DNA of 64,000 nucleotides from an uncultured virus (IMG/VR IMGVR_UViG_3300023231_000362). Taxonomy: Duplodnaviria; Heunggongvirae; Uroviricota; Caudoviricetes. The position numbers and the translations under genes are program-made. Below, one piece after another: positions 40,790 through 50,076 of the stretch (positions are counted from its first letter, which is position 1; every line of letters starts with the position of its first letter). Under the pieces are notes generated by a model that saw only the letters and a program-made list of their open reading frames with translations, was not told where the DNA came from and did no database searches. The stretch lies in the IMG/VR virus record IMGVR_UViG_3300023231_000362, one strand, 5' to 3'.

Positions 40790-41790
40790 AGACAGCATTG
40801 ATAACAGGTATAACAGGTCAAGACGGAAGTTATCTAGCAAAATCTTTATTGAATAAAGGTTATAAAGTATATGGTGGGCAGAGAAGAAGTACCACAAACA
40901 AATACTGGCGCTTAGATGAAATGGGTATTACAGATAATATTGAATTTGTAGAATTAGATTTAATAGATCAAGCAAACATTAGAAGAGCAATAGATGATAC
41001 GAAACCAGATGTAATTTACAATTTGGCGGCTCAATCATTTGTTGGATTATCTTTTGAACAACCTGAACTAGCTACCTTAGTTGATGGAGTGGGTGTACTG
41101 AGAATGATAGAAAGTGTAAGACAAGTTAATCCTGATATTAAATTTTATCAAGCTTCTACTAGTGAGTTATATGGTAAAGTATTTGAAACGCCTCAAAAAG
41201 AAACAACAAAGTTTTGGCCTAGATCACCTTATGGTGTAGCAAAGTTATTTGGTCACCACATAACAATTAACTATAGAGAAGCATATAACATATTTGCGTC
41301 AACAGGTATTTTGTTTAACCACGAAAGTCCCATGAGGGGTGAAGATTTTGTTACAAGAAAAATATCTAAAGGTATTGCTCTATGGAAGAAAGAACAACGA
41401 CCAATTGTTTTAGGGAACATTTATGCTAAAAGAGATTGGGGCCACGCTGAAGATTTTGTTGAAGGTATGCAACTTATTATGAATCACACTAAAGCAGATG
41501 ACTTTATTTTAGCAACAGGTGTGGTTAATACTGTAAAAGACTTTTTAGAAATGACACTAACGTATTTAAATATACAATATTACTGGAAAAATGATGAATG
41601 TTATGAGAAAGATACAAATATACAAATATCTAAAACTGATAAAAAATATTTCAGACCTGCCGAAGTAGATATATTACAAGGTGATGCAACTAAAGCAAGA
41701 ACTGAATTGGGTTGGACACATAAACACACAGCTCATAGTTTAATGATAGATATGGTTGATGCCGATATGAGAAGATATTGTGGAAAATAA
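40786..41790 (+). CDS. gmd: GDP-mannose 4,6-dehydratase
   Basis: ITGITGQDGSYL, YNLAAQSFV, QASTSE, SPYGVAK, FNHESP, FVTRKI and RDWGHA motifs. Confidence 0.95.
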   Translation: MKTALITGITGQDGSYLAKSLLNKGYKVYGGQRRSTTNKYWRLDEMGITDNIEFVELDLIDQANIRRAIDDTKPDVIYNLAAQSFVGLSFEQPELATLVDGVGVLRMIESVRQVNPDIKFYQASTSELYGKVFETPQKETTKFWPRSPYGVAKLFGHHITINYREAYNIFASTGILFNHESPMRGEDFVTRKISKGIALWKKEQRPIVLGNIYAKRDWGHAEDFVEGMQLIMNHTKADDFILATGVVNTVKDFLEMTLTYLNIQYYWKNDECYEKDTNIQISKTDKKYFRPAEVDILQGDATKARTELGWTHKHTAHSLMIDMVDADMRRYCGK

Positions 41791-42505
41791 AATATTTGTA
41801 ACAACTTTTAATAGAAGACTTTTTGATCAATATGCTCATCAACTGATTAGTAGCTATGTAGCAACTGAACAAAAGATACCTCTTTATGTTTTTGTTGAAG
41901 ATGATATTACCTATTATACTAATTTAGACAATGTACGTTATATTAAATTATTGGAAGAAGAACCTGATTTAAAAGATTTTACAGAAAGAAATAAAAGTAA
42001 AGAAGCTAATTCATTTACTTTTGATGCAGTAAGATTTTCATACAAAGTATATGCTCAAAACGCAGGAAGAAAATATGGAAATAAGATTTATTATGTGGAT
42101 AGTGATTGTGTGTTCACAAAACAAATACCAGATGAATGGTTTGATGAGTGTTTGCCAGATGATAAATTTATTTCTTTTTACGATAGACCACATCAATATA
42201 CTGAAACAGGATTTGTGGCATTCAATGAACGTAAAAAAGAAATCTCTAACGACTTCTTCAATCAATATACTAACTATTACAAAACAGATGAAGTGTATAA
42301 GTTAACAGCTTATACAGATTGTCATACACTAGACGCAACAAGAAATCATTTTAAAGATAATTTAAACTACTCAGAAAATATATTAGGCGATGGTAAAAAC
42401 GGACATATTATGGCTAGAGATAAGTTTCTTAATCCTTACATAGATCATAGAAAAGGTCCTAGAAAACAACAAGAGCATAGTCTAGAATGGATTCAGAATC
42501 AATGA
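41780..42505 (+). CDS. GT-A-type glycosyltransferase-like protein
   Basis: AVRFSYKVYA, DSD (DxD), ETGF and DHRKG motifs. Confidence 0.6.
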   Translation: MENKIFVTTFNRRLFDQYAHQLISSYVATEQKIPLYVFVEDDITYYTNLDNVRYIKLLEEEPDLKDFTERNKSKEANSFTFDAVRFSYKVYAQNAGRKYGNKIYYVDSDCVFTKQIPDEWFDECLPDDKFISFYDRPHQYTETGFVAFNERKKEISNDFFNQYTNYYKTDEVYKLTAYTDCHTLDATRNHFKDNLNYSENILGDGKNGHIMARDKFLNPYIDHRKGPRKQQEHSLEWIQNQ

Positions 42506-42528
42506 AAGCAGGAAAAAGGTAAAAAAGT

Positions 42529-43191
42529 ATGATTAATGTTTTTATAGGATACGACTCAAAGGAAAAGGCAGCGTTCAATGTCCTCAACTACAGTATACTT
42601 AAGAACAGTACCAAGCCTGTAAGTCTTACCCCGGTGTATCTGGAAAACATTAAAGATGACTTTGTAAGAGAACGCAATAACTTAAGCTCAACAGAATTCA
42701 GCGTAAGTAGATTTATTGTGCCACACTTAATGAACTACCAGGGCTGGGCACTGTTTATGGATTGCGACATGCTGATGACAGCAGACATTAATGAACTGTG
42801 GCGTCTGCGTGATGACCGTTATGCTGTACAAGTATGCAAACACGAGTACGAGCCTAAACATAATAAAAAGTTTCTAGGACAAGTACAGACAACGTATGCA
42901 AAGAAAAACTGGTCAAGTTTTATGCTGTTAAACTGTAAGAAATGTCAAACTCTCACACCTGATTATGTTAATAAAGCAAGCGGGCTGGAACTTCACCAGT
43001 TTAAGTGGCTAGAGTCAGACGACTTAATAGGTGAGTTGCCTTTAGAATGGAACTGGTTATCGGACGAGTACGAACATAAAGATGCTGTTAAGTGTGTACA
43101 CTACACAGACGGCGGTCCCTGGTTTGAAGAATACAGACATTGTGATTATGGCGATGTTTGGTTTGACTACTACAGGGAAATTAGTCTATGA
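42529..43191 (+). CDS. GT8-like glycosyltransferase
   Basis: FIGYD, STEFSVSRF, DCDML, KNWSS, WNWL and HYTDGGPW motifs. Confidence 0.75.
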   Translation: MINVFIGYDSKEKAAFNVLNYSILKNSTKPVSLTPVYLENIKDDFVRERNNLSSTEFSVSRFIVPHLMNYQGWALFMDCDMLMTADINELWRLRDDRYAVQVCKHEYEPKHNKKFLGQVQTTYAKKNWSSFMLLNCKKCQTLTPDYVNKASGLELHQFKWLESDDLIGELPLEWNWLSDEYEHKDAVKCVHYTDGGPWFEEYRHCDYGDVWFDYYREISL

Positions 43192-44033
43192 TTAGCACAG
43201 TTACAGTAGTCTACGAACCTGAACTAGAATTACTGAAAACACAAGCACGGAGTTTTGACAACTATCTAGAAGACGTAGAAGATATTTTAGTAATAGAAAA
43301 TGACGATTGTCATTTAGGCATAGATCCGCAGTGGTGGGGTAGACACAGCGACCGAGTTAGAATTTTACGTAGAGAAGACATAGGCTACAAAGCACATGTT
43401 TCTATTAACGGCAGAGAATCACAGCAGTTGTGTAAACTATTAGCACCAATGCAATCAACAGCAGAATGGTCAATATGGTTTGATGCTAAAACATTTTTAG
43501 TAAAACCCCTCAAGCCTAGCAGTTTATTCCGGGACAACAAATTTAGATCAAATCAAATGCCAGTGTTCGAACAGTTTAGTGAAGGTTTCGAAGTGTGTCA
43601 AAAATTGTTAGGCTTTGCTCAAAAAGATCTGATATGGGTAGCACCAGGCGGCATGCCTTACCCAGTGAATAAAAAAGTTTTGCAAACACTAATAAGGTAT
43701 GTTAAAATAACATCTAAAATGTCGTTTGTTGATTGGTTCGAAAAGTACAGTCAGTATCCGCACTTTGTGACAGAGATGATACTTTATAGTCAGTTTGTTA
43801 GACCCGTGTTTACCTTGTATTACACTGACACTGAACCTACTTACAGGTGTGCAAATTTATCAGACTGGCAAATACCAGACATAGAGGACTTTTGGCAGAA
43901 ACTTAACGATCCAAAAGTACTAACAGCAAGTATTAAAGCAGATGCTTATGATATTTTAGATATCGATCAACGTAAACAATGGCATACATATTTAGACTCA
44001 AAAGGATTACACTATGACCACAAAAGCTGGTAA
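43188..44033 (+). CDS. Putative glycosyltransferase-like protein (DUF6492-like)
   Basis: QQLCKL, FDAK and TEMILY motifs; cluster context. Confidence 0.4.
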   Translation: MISTVTVVYEPELELLKTQARSFDNYLEDVEDILVIENDDCHLGIDPQWWGRHSDRVRILRREDIGYKAHVSINGRESQQLCKLLAPMQSTAEWSIWFDAKTFLVKPLKPSSLFRDNKFRSNQMPVFEQFSEGFEVCQKLLGFAQKDLIWVAPGGMPYPVNKKVLQTLIRYVKITSKMSFVDWFEKYSQYPHFVTEMILYSQFVRPVFTLYYTDTEPTYRCANLSDWQIPDIEDFWQKLNDPKVLTASIKADAYDILDIDQRKQWHTYLDSKGLHYDHKSW

Positions 44034-44367
44034 GGTTTGGGGAGTGTCAGAACTTATCCATGCAAATGGAGTTTTAGAATTCCATAGAATAGAAGCAAAT
44101 GCAGGCAAGTTCTGTAGCAAACATCTACATAAAACAAAATGGAACGGCTTCTTTGTGGAAAGTGGCCGGTTATTAATTAGAGTATGGAAAAATAACTACG
44201 ATTTAATAGACGAAACTGTGTTAGAAGTAGGAGACTTTACAGCAGTTAGTCCTGGAGAGTACCATCAATTTGAGGCATTAGAGGATACAGTAGCGTTTGA
44301 GTTATATTGGGCTGAGTTCTCACATGGCGATATCGAAAGGGAAACTGTTGGCGGCTCAAAAGTTTAA
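44014..44367 (+). CDS. Cupin (sugar isomerase-like)
   Basis: KAGKVWG, CSKHLH, F.VESG, PGEYHQF and ELY motifs. Confidence 0.75.
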   Translation: MTTKAGKVWGVSELIHANGVLEFHRIEANAGKFCSKHLHKTKWNGFFVESGRLLIRVWKNNYDLIDETVLEVGDFTAVSPGEYHQFEALEDTVAFELYWAEFSHGDIERETVGGSKV

Positions 44368-45004
44368 CATAGTATGTGTTAGAGTAGGCGAAGCATATTC
44401 CTCAGAGTATGTGGATAGACTCTACGACATGATTAAGGCAAACTGCACCAAAGACTTTGACTTTTGGTGTATTACTGATTCGCCACACGATAACCCTAAT
44501 ATCAAGTTTTCAAAAATACAACCGTTAACCCCAAAGCCACGTTATATGTGGTGGTATAAGATGTATATGTTTAAATCGGATATCGGTTACACAGGTCCCA
44601 CTTTTTACATAGACTTGGATGTTGTTATTGACAACTCTATAGACAAATTTTTAGAATCCTGGGACGACAGTTTTTGGATCTGTCAAGACTACAACAGGAG
44701 AGTAAAACCAGATTACCATGTTAGCAACAGTTCTGTAATGATGTTCGATCATGCCAAGTATACAAAGTACTGGGCTGAGTTTTATCAGAATCAAAAAGAA
44801 ATAATGCAGAAGTTTAGGGGAGATCAAGACTATCTCTCAGTTAAACTGAGAGAAGAAAATAAAAAGTGGTGGCCCTGGCACTGGACAATAAGCTATCGTT
44901 GGGAATACCTAGAAGGCAAAGCGCATCCTGACAATGCTATTGTGGTATTCCATGGCAATCCTAAGCCACACGAAGTTAACTGGGAGTTGGCAGATGTTAG
45001 CTAA
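44324..45004 (+). CDS. GT-A glycosyltransferase-like protein (start uncertain)
   Basis: WWYK, YIDLDVVI, NSSVM, GDQDY and VFHGNPKP motifs. Confidence 0.7.
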   Translation: MAISKGKLLAAQKFNIVCVRVGEAYSSEYVDRLYDMIKANCTKDFDFWCITDSPHDNPNIKFSKIQPLTPKPRYMWWYKMYMFKSDIGYTGPTFYIDLDVVIDNSIDKFLESWDDSFWICQDYNRRVKPDYHVSNSSVMMFDHAKYTKYWAEFYQNQKEIMQKFRGDQDYLSVKLREENKKWWPWHWTISYRWEYLEGKAHPDNAIVVFHGNPKPHEVNWELADVS

Positions 45005-45842
45005 AGCAGACACCAAGTATGGTGAAATGCACTATTATAAAAATGATAAATTTATTGGTGCTAGTTTAGAGGTGTATGGTGAATACACAGGTTTAGAAAT
45101 AGATTACATTAAGCCTTACATACATGAAGACGATATTATCTTAGACGTCGGTGCAAACATAGGCACACATACAGTTGCGTATAGTAGTCTAGTGCCTGAT
45201 GGTCAGGTAATAGCATTTGAACCTAATCAGAAAAATTACAACCTTTTAGTGCGCAACATTACGCACAACAACCTCACAAATGTACATGCTTTTCTAGGAG
45301 GTCTTTCTAATAGAGTAGGTCTAAGCACAGTTACCGACTTTGATCCCAACGAACCTGGAAATTACGGAACAATGACTGTGGGAAGTGGCACACAAGTTTG
45401 TTTTCTTAATAAATTAGATAATGTGTGCAACTTTAACAGACCCGTAAGGTTTATAAAAATAGATGTTGAAGGGGTAGAACCTAAGATTCTATTAGGAGGC
45501 AGGGATTTTATTGCACAGCACAAACCGGTAATACAATACGAGTGCATGACTAAAGAGGTTGCCCAGCCAATCGAACGTATATTTAAGAACTATTACCCTG
45601 GTTACAACCTATACTGGATGCCAATCTTTAATTACAATGACACCAACCACAACAAAAATTCCAAGAACATATTTCTTAATAGTGGAGTTATGAATGTGTT
45701 AGCGGTACACACCCGTGACAAACAGCCTGACAACCTACAGCGTTACGACAGCTGGGAGGATAACATAGAAGTACGTAGTGAAGGCCTGCGCTTAAGTCAA
45801 AACAAACTTATAATGAAAAAAACATATAACAAGTTTAAGTAG
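44994..45842 (+). CDS. FkbM-family methyltransferase
   Basis: LDVGANIGTH, AFEP and FIKIDVEG motifs. Confidence 0.9.
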   Translation: MLAKADTKYGEMHYYKNDKFIGASLEVYGEYTGLEIDYIKPYIHEDDIILDVGANIGTHTVAYSSLVPDGQVIAFEPNQKNYNLLVRNITHNNLTNVHAFLGGLSNRVGLSTVTDFDPNEPGNYGTMTVGSGTQVCFLNKLDNVCNFNRPVRFIKIDVEGVEPKILLGGRDFIAQHKPVIQYECMTKEVAQPIERIFKNYYPGYNLYWMPIFNYNDTNHNKNSKNIFLNSGVMNVLAVHTRDKQPDNLQRYDSWEDNIEVRSEGLRLSQNKLIMKKTYNKFK

Positions 45843-45845
45843 TAA

Positions 45846-46823
45846 CTAGCGTAAGTTACTGAGTTGTTGTTTAAACATTGTAATCAAGTAGTCTGAATAC
45901 CCATGTAAGAACCAATGGTAATTCCAAACACAAACCTCATGAGAGGTATAATACAATCCTTCAGCCTGACGTAAAGTCACAGGCAGATATGTCATAGCGG
46001 CTTGTCGCCGTCGAGAGTCAGGTAGCTCATCAAATAATAGTCCACCAAAACTGGTATAGGTTTTAAACCCTTGCGCTTCTAGATAACTCAATAGTTTCTG
46101 ACTGCCTATCATAATAAAAGGTGTCATTGTAACAATAGCGTTATACGTTTTTTCAGTAATTATTCCTCGGTGTTCGTAATACTGGCTCTCACAGACAACG
46201 GCTATCCAGGCATCCTGGTAGTTCTTGGCAATGCTTAACAAGTTTTCTGCATTATTGTAGTCGTAGTCTTGAAATGTTTTTCCAGGATACTTTAGTTCGA
46301 TACCACGTTGTTGTAGGCTAACATTCATCAGAGGGTTATTTTTAAGTTCATTAAATGTGTCTACCCTATGACGTTTAGCGATACGATTAGGAACCACAGC
46401 AACAAAGTTGGGATTGTCTTTGGTAGCAACTTTTTGCATACGAGCCCAACAGTTTTTATAGTCCATAACAGTGTTATACTGCCAAGGACTAAACTCCACA
46501 ACCTGTATACTGTCAGGGTGTGTGTCGTGCCATATACCAGCAACACCGTGATTCCACACCATAGCAACTACCTGTTTCATGTCGATTCCACGACCCTTGT
46601 AGTAATTGTGTATGGTGATTAATTCGTTAGGTATTACTGATCTGGACTTGAATGTTAGCATGTCCTGTAGTACAATAAACAGTCTAAAGTCAGGGTCAGC
46701 GAAGTCTATCTCTGGACGCTCTGGGAAGTCAACTGCCCAGCCGTCATCAGTAATGGGACCATATAGGGCACCACCGTGTACCCAGGTATGATCGACATAG
46801 GGTTTTATAATTTGATGTAACAC
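45846..46823 (-). CDS. Phage protein with 'ES...ITEKT...PF..G...L...GFKT' motif, possibly glycosyltransferase-like
   Basis: Motif pattern and cluster context; function unverified. Confidence 0.4.
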   Translation of the reverse strand: MLHQIIKPYVDHTWVHGGALYGPITDDGWAVDFPERPEIDFADPDFRLFIVLQDMLTFKSRSVIPNELITIHNYYKGRGIDMKQVVAMVWNHGVAGIWHDTHPDSIQVVEFSPWQYNTVMDYKNCWARMQKVATKDNPNFVAVVPNRIAKRHRVDTFNELKNNPLMNVSLQQRGIELKYPGKTFQDYDYNNAENLLSIAKNYQDAWIAVVCESQYYEHRGIITEKTYNAIVTMTPFIMIGSQKLLSYLEAQGFKTYTSFGGLLFDELPDSRRRQAAMTYLPVTLRQAEGLYYTSHEVCVWNYHWFLHGYSDYLITMFKQQLSNLR

Positions 46824-46849
46824 AACTATTATTTAATATAAATACTATA

Positions 46850-47596
46850 ATGAGAGCATATCAATTTTTAACAGAAGGTCAAGGTGGATTAGCATACGAG
46901 GCGACCGTATATGCCGCAATGCGAGCCGCTAAGATTAACGGTTTAGATTTAGGTGACAAGCCCACAGCAGGCTTTAGTAATCAAGGTTATGGTGATATCG
47001 AAGCAACATATAACGGTAAGCCTTTTAACATTGAAATCAAAGCCAGTGCATTCGATCAGATGGGAGGAACAAGTTTCCATTACAACATGGCTGGACAACA
47101 GTTAATTCCTGTAGGTCAGATAGAGCCTGATGAATTAGATATGTTGTTACAAGCCGCACAGACAAAAGCAGGCGATATAGATAACTTTCTTAAAGCCGCA
47201 CAAGAATATGAAAATAATCCTAATATAACGGGGTTTCCTATTAGGGTCACTAAAGATACTAGAGAGAAACTAATAGCAGATGGCTTGCAAAAAGCAATAG
47301 CCAGTAATATTAGTGCTAAGTCTAGTTTTATTATAAAGCACTACAATAAAAAACAAGTGTATTATATACAAGTTGGTGGTTCTGGGCTATTTTACATGGG
47401 CAAGAATCCCCTTAAGTTGCCAGTACCAGAGCTACAAGGCGACATTAATATCGAATTAAGAGTAGGCTACGGTGGGTCAGGTGGTAAGCCCACAGTAACT
47501 GCTGGTATTAGACTGCAGGGTAGACTAAGAACTGAAAACGTTTCTAGTTTTACATTAGACGATCCAGGCAGTATCCAAGCATTATTCATGCAATAA
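46850..47596 (+). CDS. PD-(D/E)xK nuclease-like protein with a capsid-targeting-like N-terminus
   Basis: MRAYQFLTEG start; GLAYE...GDIE...NIEIK catalytic pattern. Confidence 0.55.
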   Translation: MRAYQFLTEGQGGLAYEATVYAAMRAAKINGLDLGDKPTAGFSNQGYGDIEATYNGKPFNIEIKASAFDQMGGTSFHYNMAGQQLIPVGQIEPDELDMLLQAAQTKAGDIDNFLKAAQEYENNPNITGFPIRVTKDTREKLIADGLQKAIASNISAKSSFIIKHYNKKQVYYIQVGGSGLFYMGKNPLKLPVPELQGDINIELRVGYGGSGGKPTVTAGIRLQGRLRTENVSSFTLDDPGSIQALFMQ

Positions 47597-47647
47597 AATC
47601 AACAACTTACAAACTGTGTTGACAACTTAACCGAGTGGCCTTATACT
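47597..47647 (+). promoter_or_regulatory. IHF-like box (AATCAACAACTTA) plus sigma70 promoter TTGACA-17-TATACT
   Basis: Matches WATCAA-N4-TTR and sigma70 consensus. Confidence 0.75.
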
Positions 47648-47677
47648 TATAACTGTGTCCAATAACAGGAGCAAGTT

Positions 47678-48061
47678 ATGAAAATTAGATTTATAGTAGG
47701 ATTAACTCTGTTAACATTGCTGTTAACAGCAATGTATGCACATATGGCTCAAAGTGAAGAACCTTGGTGGATGTCATTTAGTCAGGAGTATAAACCTAAC
47801 ATTTTGTATCCGAAAATAGACCTAGAGGTTAAGGTTGTTGAAAATGCTGATGCAGAATGTAGTAAGTATGCTAAGGACATTAATTACGAGATAGAACATT
47901 GTGCCCTACAGTGGGAACCTCAAAACGGTGTACGTAAATGTACGTTAATAATGCAACGAGACAAAATTACTATGGGTGACTTCGGTCACGAATTAAGGCA
48001 TTGTTTAGAAGGTGATTGGCACGATGCTAGACCCACAGAACGAATAAAACTAAAACGGTAA
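47678..48061 (+). CDS. Exported protein with a signal peptide and HExxH motif (possible zincin-like)
   Basis: Basic-hydrophobic N-terminus; GHELRHC. Confidence 0.55.
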   Translation: MKIRFIVGLTLLTLLLTAMYAHMAQSEEPWWMSFSQEYKPNILYPKIDLEVKVVENADAECSKYAKDINYEIEHCALQWEPQNGVRKCTLIMQRDKITMGDFGHELRHCLEGDWHDARPTERIKLKR

Positions 48062-48157
48062 AATAAAATTTTGACATTACTAGCAAGTGATGTTAATGTA
48101 GCAGTGTAGTACACACTTTTAATTATGGCACCTTTATTATGGTATGGCAAATTTATT

Positions 48158-48334
48158 ATGGAAAACTTAAATTTTAATTTTGAAAGCATTGAAATAAGGC
48201 GAGTAGCTAATGGCTACGTTATTCAGGTGAACGGAGAAGACAATGCACAGGAGTTTGTTTACGACACAAGTCGTAAAACTCTAAAGTTTGTTCGAACTTT
48301 CTTAGAACATTCCAAGGCACAGGTGGCTGAGTAA
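48158..48334 (+). CDS. Small hypothetical protein (SIEIRRVANGYVI)
   Basis: ORF downstream of a TTGACA promoter at 48071; start could be 48125. Confidence 0.55.
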   Translation: MENLNFNFESIEIRRVANGYVIQVNGEDNAQEFVYDTSRKTLKFVRTFLEHSKAQVAE

Positions 48335-49693
48335 TTGCCAGCGAAACCCGCTGAACTATTAACTCCCAGCCCTGTCCCTACACAGAATGTAAGTAATGGA
48401 GAATATCCTCCATTAGCTCAGACGCCACAACAGCGCCTAGTACAGAGTAAGATAAACGCAGACAGTACGTTTGACGAATCTTTTAACGCTATGAACACAG
48501 TTTATGGCCCGGGCTTCGTATACTCTAATTATGGTGACTTAAGTAAACAGTTTGTCTTTGATGTGCAGACACACTTACTTAAGGATGGGTATAAAAACCC
48601 ACAGCAACTTGCACACAGGCAGTATGCACACAACTATCTAAATTCAGACGTGGAGCGTTACCCCACGTTTGATGCACAGAAGTTTGATAATTACATTAAA
48701 GAAATATACCTAGACAGTGATACCAAACTGGCACTAATAAGTGGAACACCTGGCGATTCTGCTGATGAGGACCTGATAGATAATGATAGTATTAAGTGGG
48801 CAAGTACAGTTATTAACAATGTCTGTGGTAGTAAGCGAAGTTTTAGTCACAGCATAATACAACCTAAAGTACCTGGTTACCTAGATGAAGTGGACTACGC
48901 TATAGAAGTCCTACAGCCAGATAGCTGGAAGTGTTATACAATAGGAACCTTTGCATACCCGACTCGACGGAATAAACAGTTTAGATTAGATGATGAAAAA
49001 CTGGTCTATCCCTGGTTCGAACGAGCAGAGCGAGCAGGTATTAAAAACATCTGTGTACACAAAGGACTATTACCACCAGATTATCGAGAGTCCTGGCGAG
49101 ACTTGTGGGAATACAGTACTGTTCAAGACCTCGCAAAAGCCGCTCGAGACTGGCCGAACTTAAACTTTATAATCTATCACAGTGCATTGCGTATAAGTCA
49201 CGAAAACCCAGAGGATATCCTCAAGAACTTCGTTAAAACTGGTCGGATTGAATGGACAACCGACTTGTGTGATATAGTACACAAGTATGGACTTAAAAAT
49301 GTTTATGCAGAACTAGGTACAAGTTTTGGTAGCATGGTTGTGCTTAATCCCCTGGTAGCAAGTGCATGGTTAGGGCAGATGCTAAACATGATGGGTGAGG
49401 ATAGAATATTATGGGGTACTGACTCTGTGTGGTATGGATCACCACAGTGGCAGATAGAAGCACTACGTAGACTGGAAGTACCTGATCACATTATGCATCG
49501 TATGGGCTGGGACAAAAACTTAGGAGAACCCGACGGCACTGTAAAGCAAAAAATATTTGGACTTAACGCCGCTAGACTGTATAATGTAGATGTTGCAAGT
49601 GCAATAAATGATATAGATTCTAGTAAAATAGAAAAAATGCGTTTGGGGCATAGCGAACCTAGAAATAATAGATACTATGGTTATATAGCATAA
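48335..49693 (+). CDS. Amidohydrolase-family metallo-hydrolase (Amidohydro_2-like)
   Basis: DVQTH, CVHKG, IIYHS, NVYAELG, LWGTDS and IFGLNAARLY motifs. Confidence 0.85.
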   Translation: MPAKPAELLTPSPVPTQNVSNGEYPPLAQTPQQRLVQSKINADSTFDESFNAMNTVYGPGFVYSNYGDLSKQFVFDVQTHLLKDGYKNPQQLAHRQYAHNYLNSDVERYPTFDAQKFDNYIKEIYLDSDTKLALISGTPGDSADEDLIDNDSIKWASTVINNVCGSKRSFSHSIIQPKVPGYLDEVDYAIEVLQPDSWKCYTIGTFAYPTRRNKQFRLDDEKLVYPWFERAERAGIKNICVHKGLLPPDYRESWRDLWEYSTVQDLAKAARDWPNLNFIIYHSALRISHENPEDILKNFVKTGRIEWTTDLCDIVHKYGLKNVYAELGTSFGSMVVLNPLVASAWLGQMLNMMGEDRILWGTDSVWYGSPQWQIEALRRLEVPDHIMHRMGWDKNLGEPDGTVKQKIFGLNAARLYNVDVASAINDIDSSKIEKMRLGHSEPRNNRYYGYIA

Positions 49694-49806
49694 GTGATAT
49701 GCTCTAAGAGCATAGAAAATGTTGTATCGCAAAACTAAATACAGGTGCACAGCAATCCTGTGCATTTATAACATTTTCAAACACACTTATAAGGAAAGAC
49801 ACACAA

Positions 49807-49923
49807 ATGATACAGATAGTTATAGAAAAACTCAAAAGGTTTTATAATATATTAATAACAGCGCAAATAAAATCAGCAGAACGTCGAATTAAGGGGTATA
49901 AGTCTTTAGGTTATGTTGCATGA
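49807..49923 (+). CDS. 38-aa basic small protein (not in track)
   Basis: AAGGA SD; TAAATA at 49736; ATGA coupling to the next ORF. Confidence 0.55.
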   Translation: MIQIVIEKLKRFYNILITAQIKSAERRIKGYKSLGYVA

Positions 49924-50063
49924 TGAAACTTATAATTAAACTACTCGACAATCTGTCAGAGTGGGCAAGTCGGCAAGAACGTATGGATTTAGACCAATAT
50001 CTAAGTCAGTCACAGACGATCGGTGAGTTAGAAGATCGTATGCGTAAATGGCAAGTTAAGTAG
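49920..50063 (+). CDS. 47-aa small protein, DUF3563-like (YLSQSQTIGELEDRMR)
   Basis: Recalled YLxxSxxxxxLExRMR motif; followed by a terminator. Confidence 0.5.
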   Translation: MMKLIIKLLDNLSEWASRQERMDLDQYLSQSQTIGELEDRMRKWQVK

Positions 50064-50076
50064 TAACAGCTAACCC

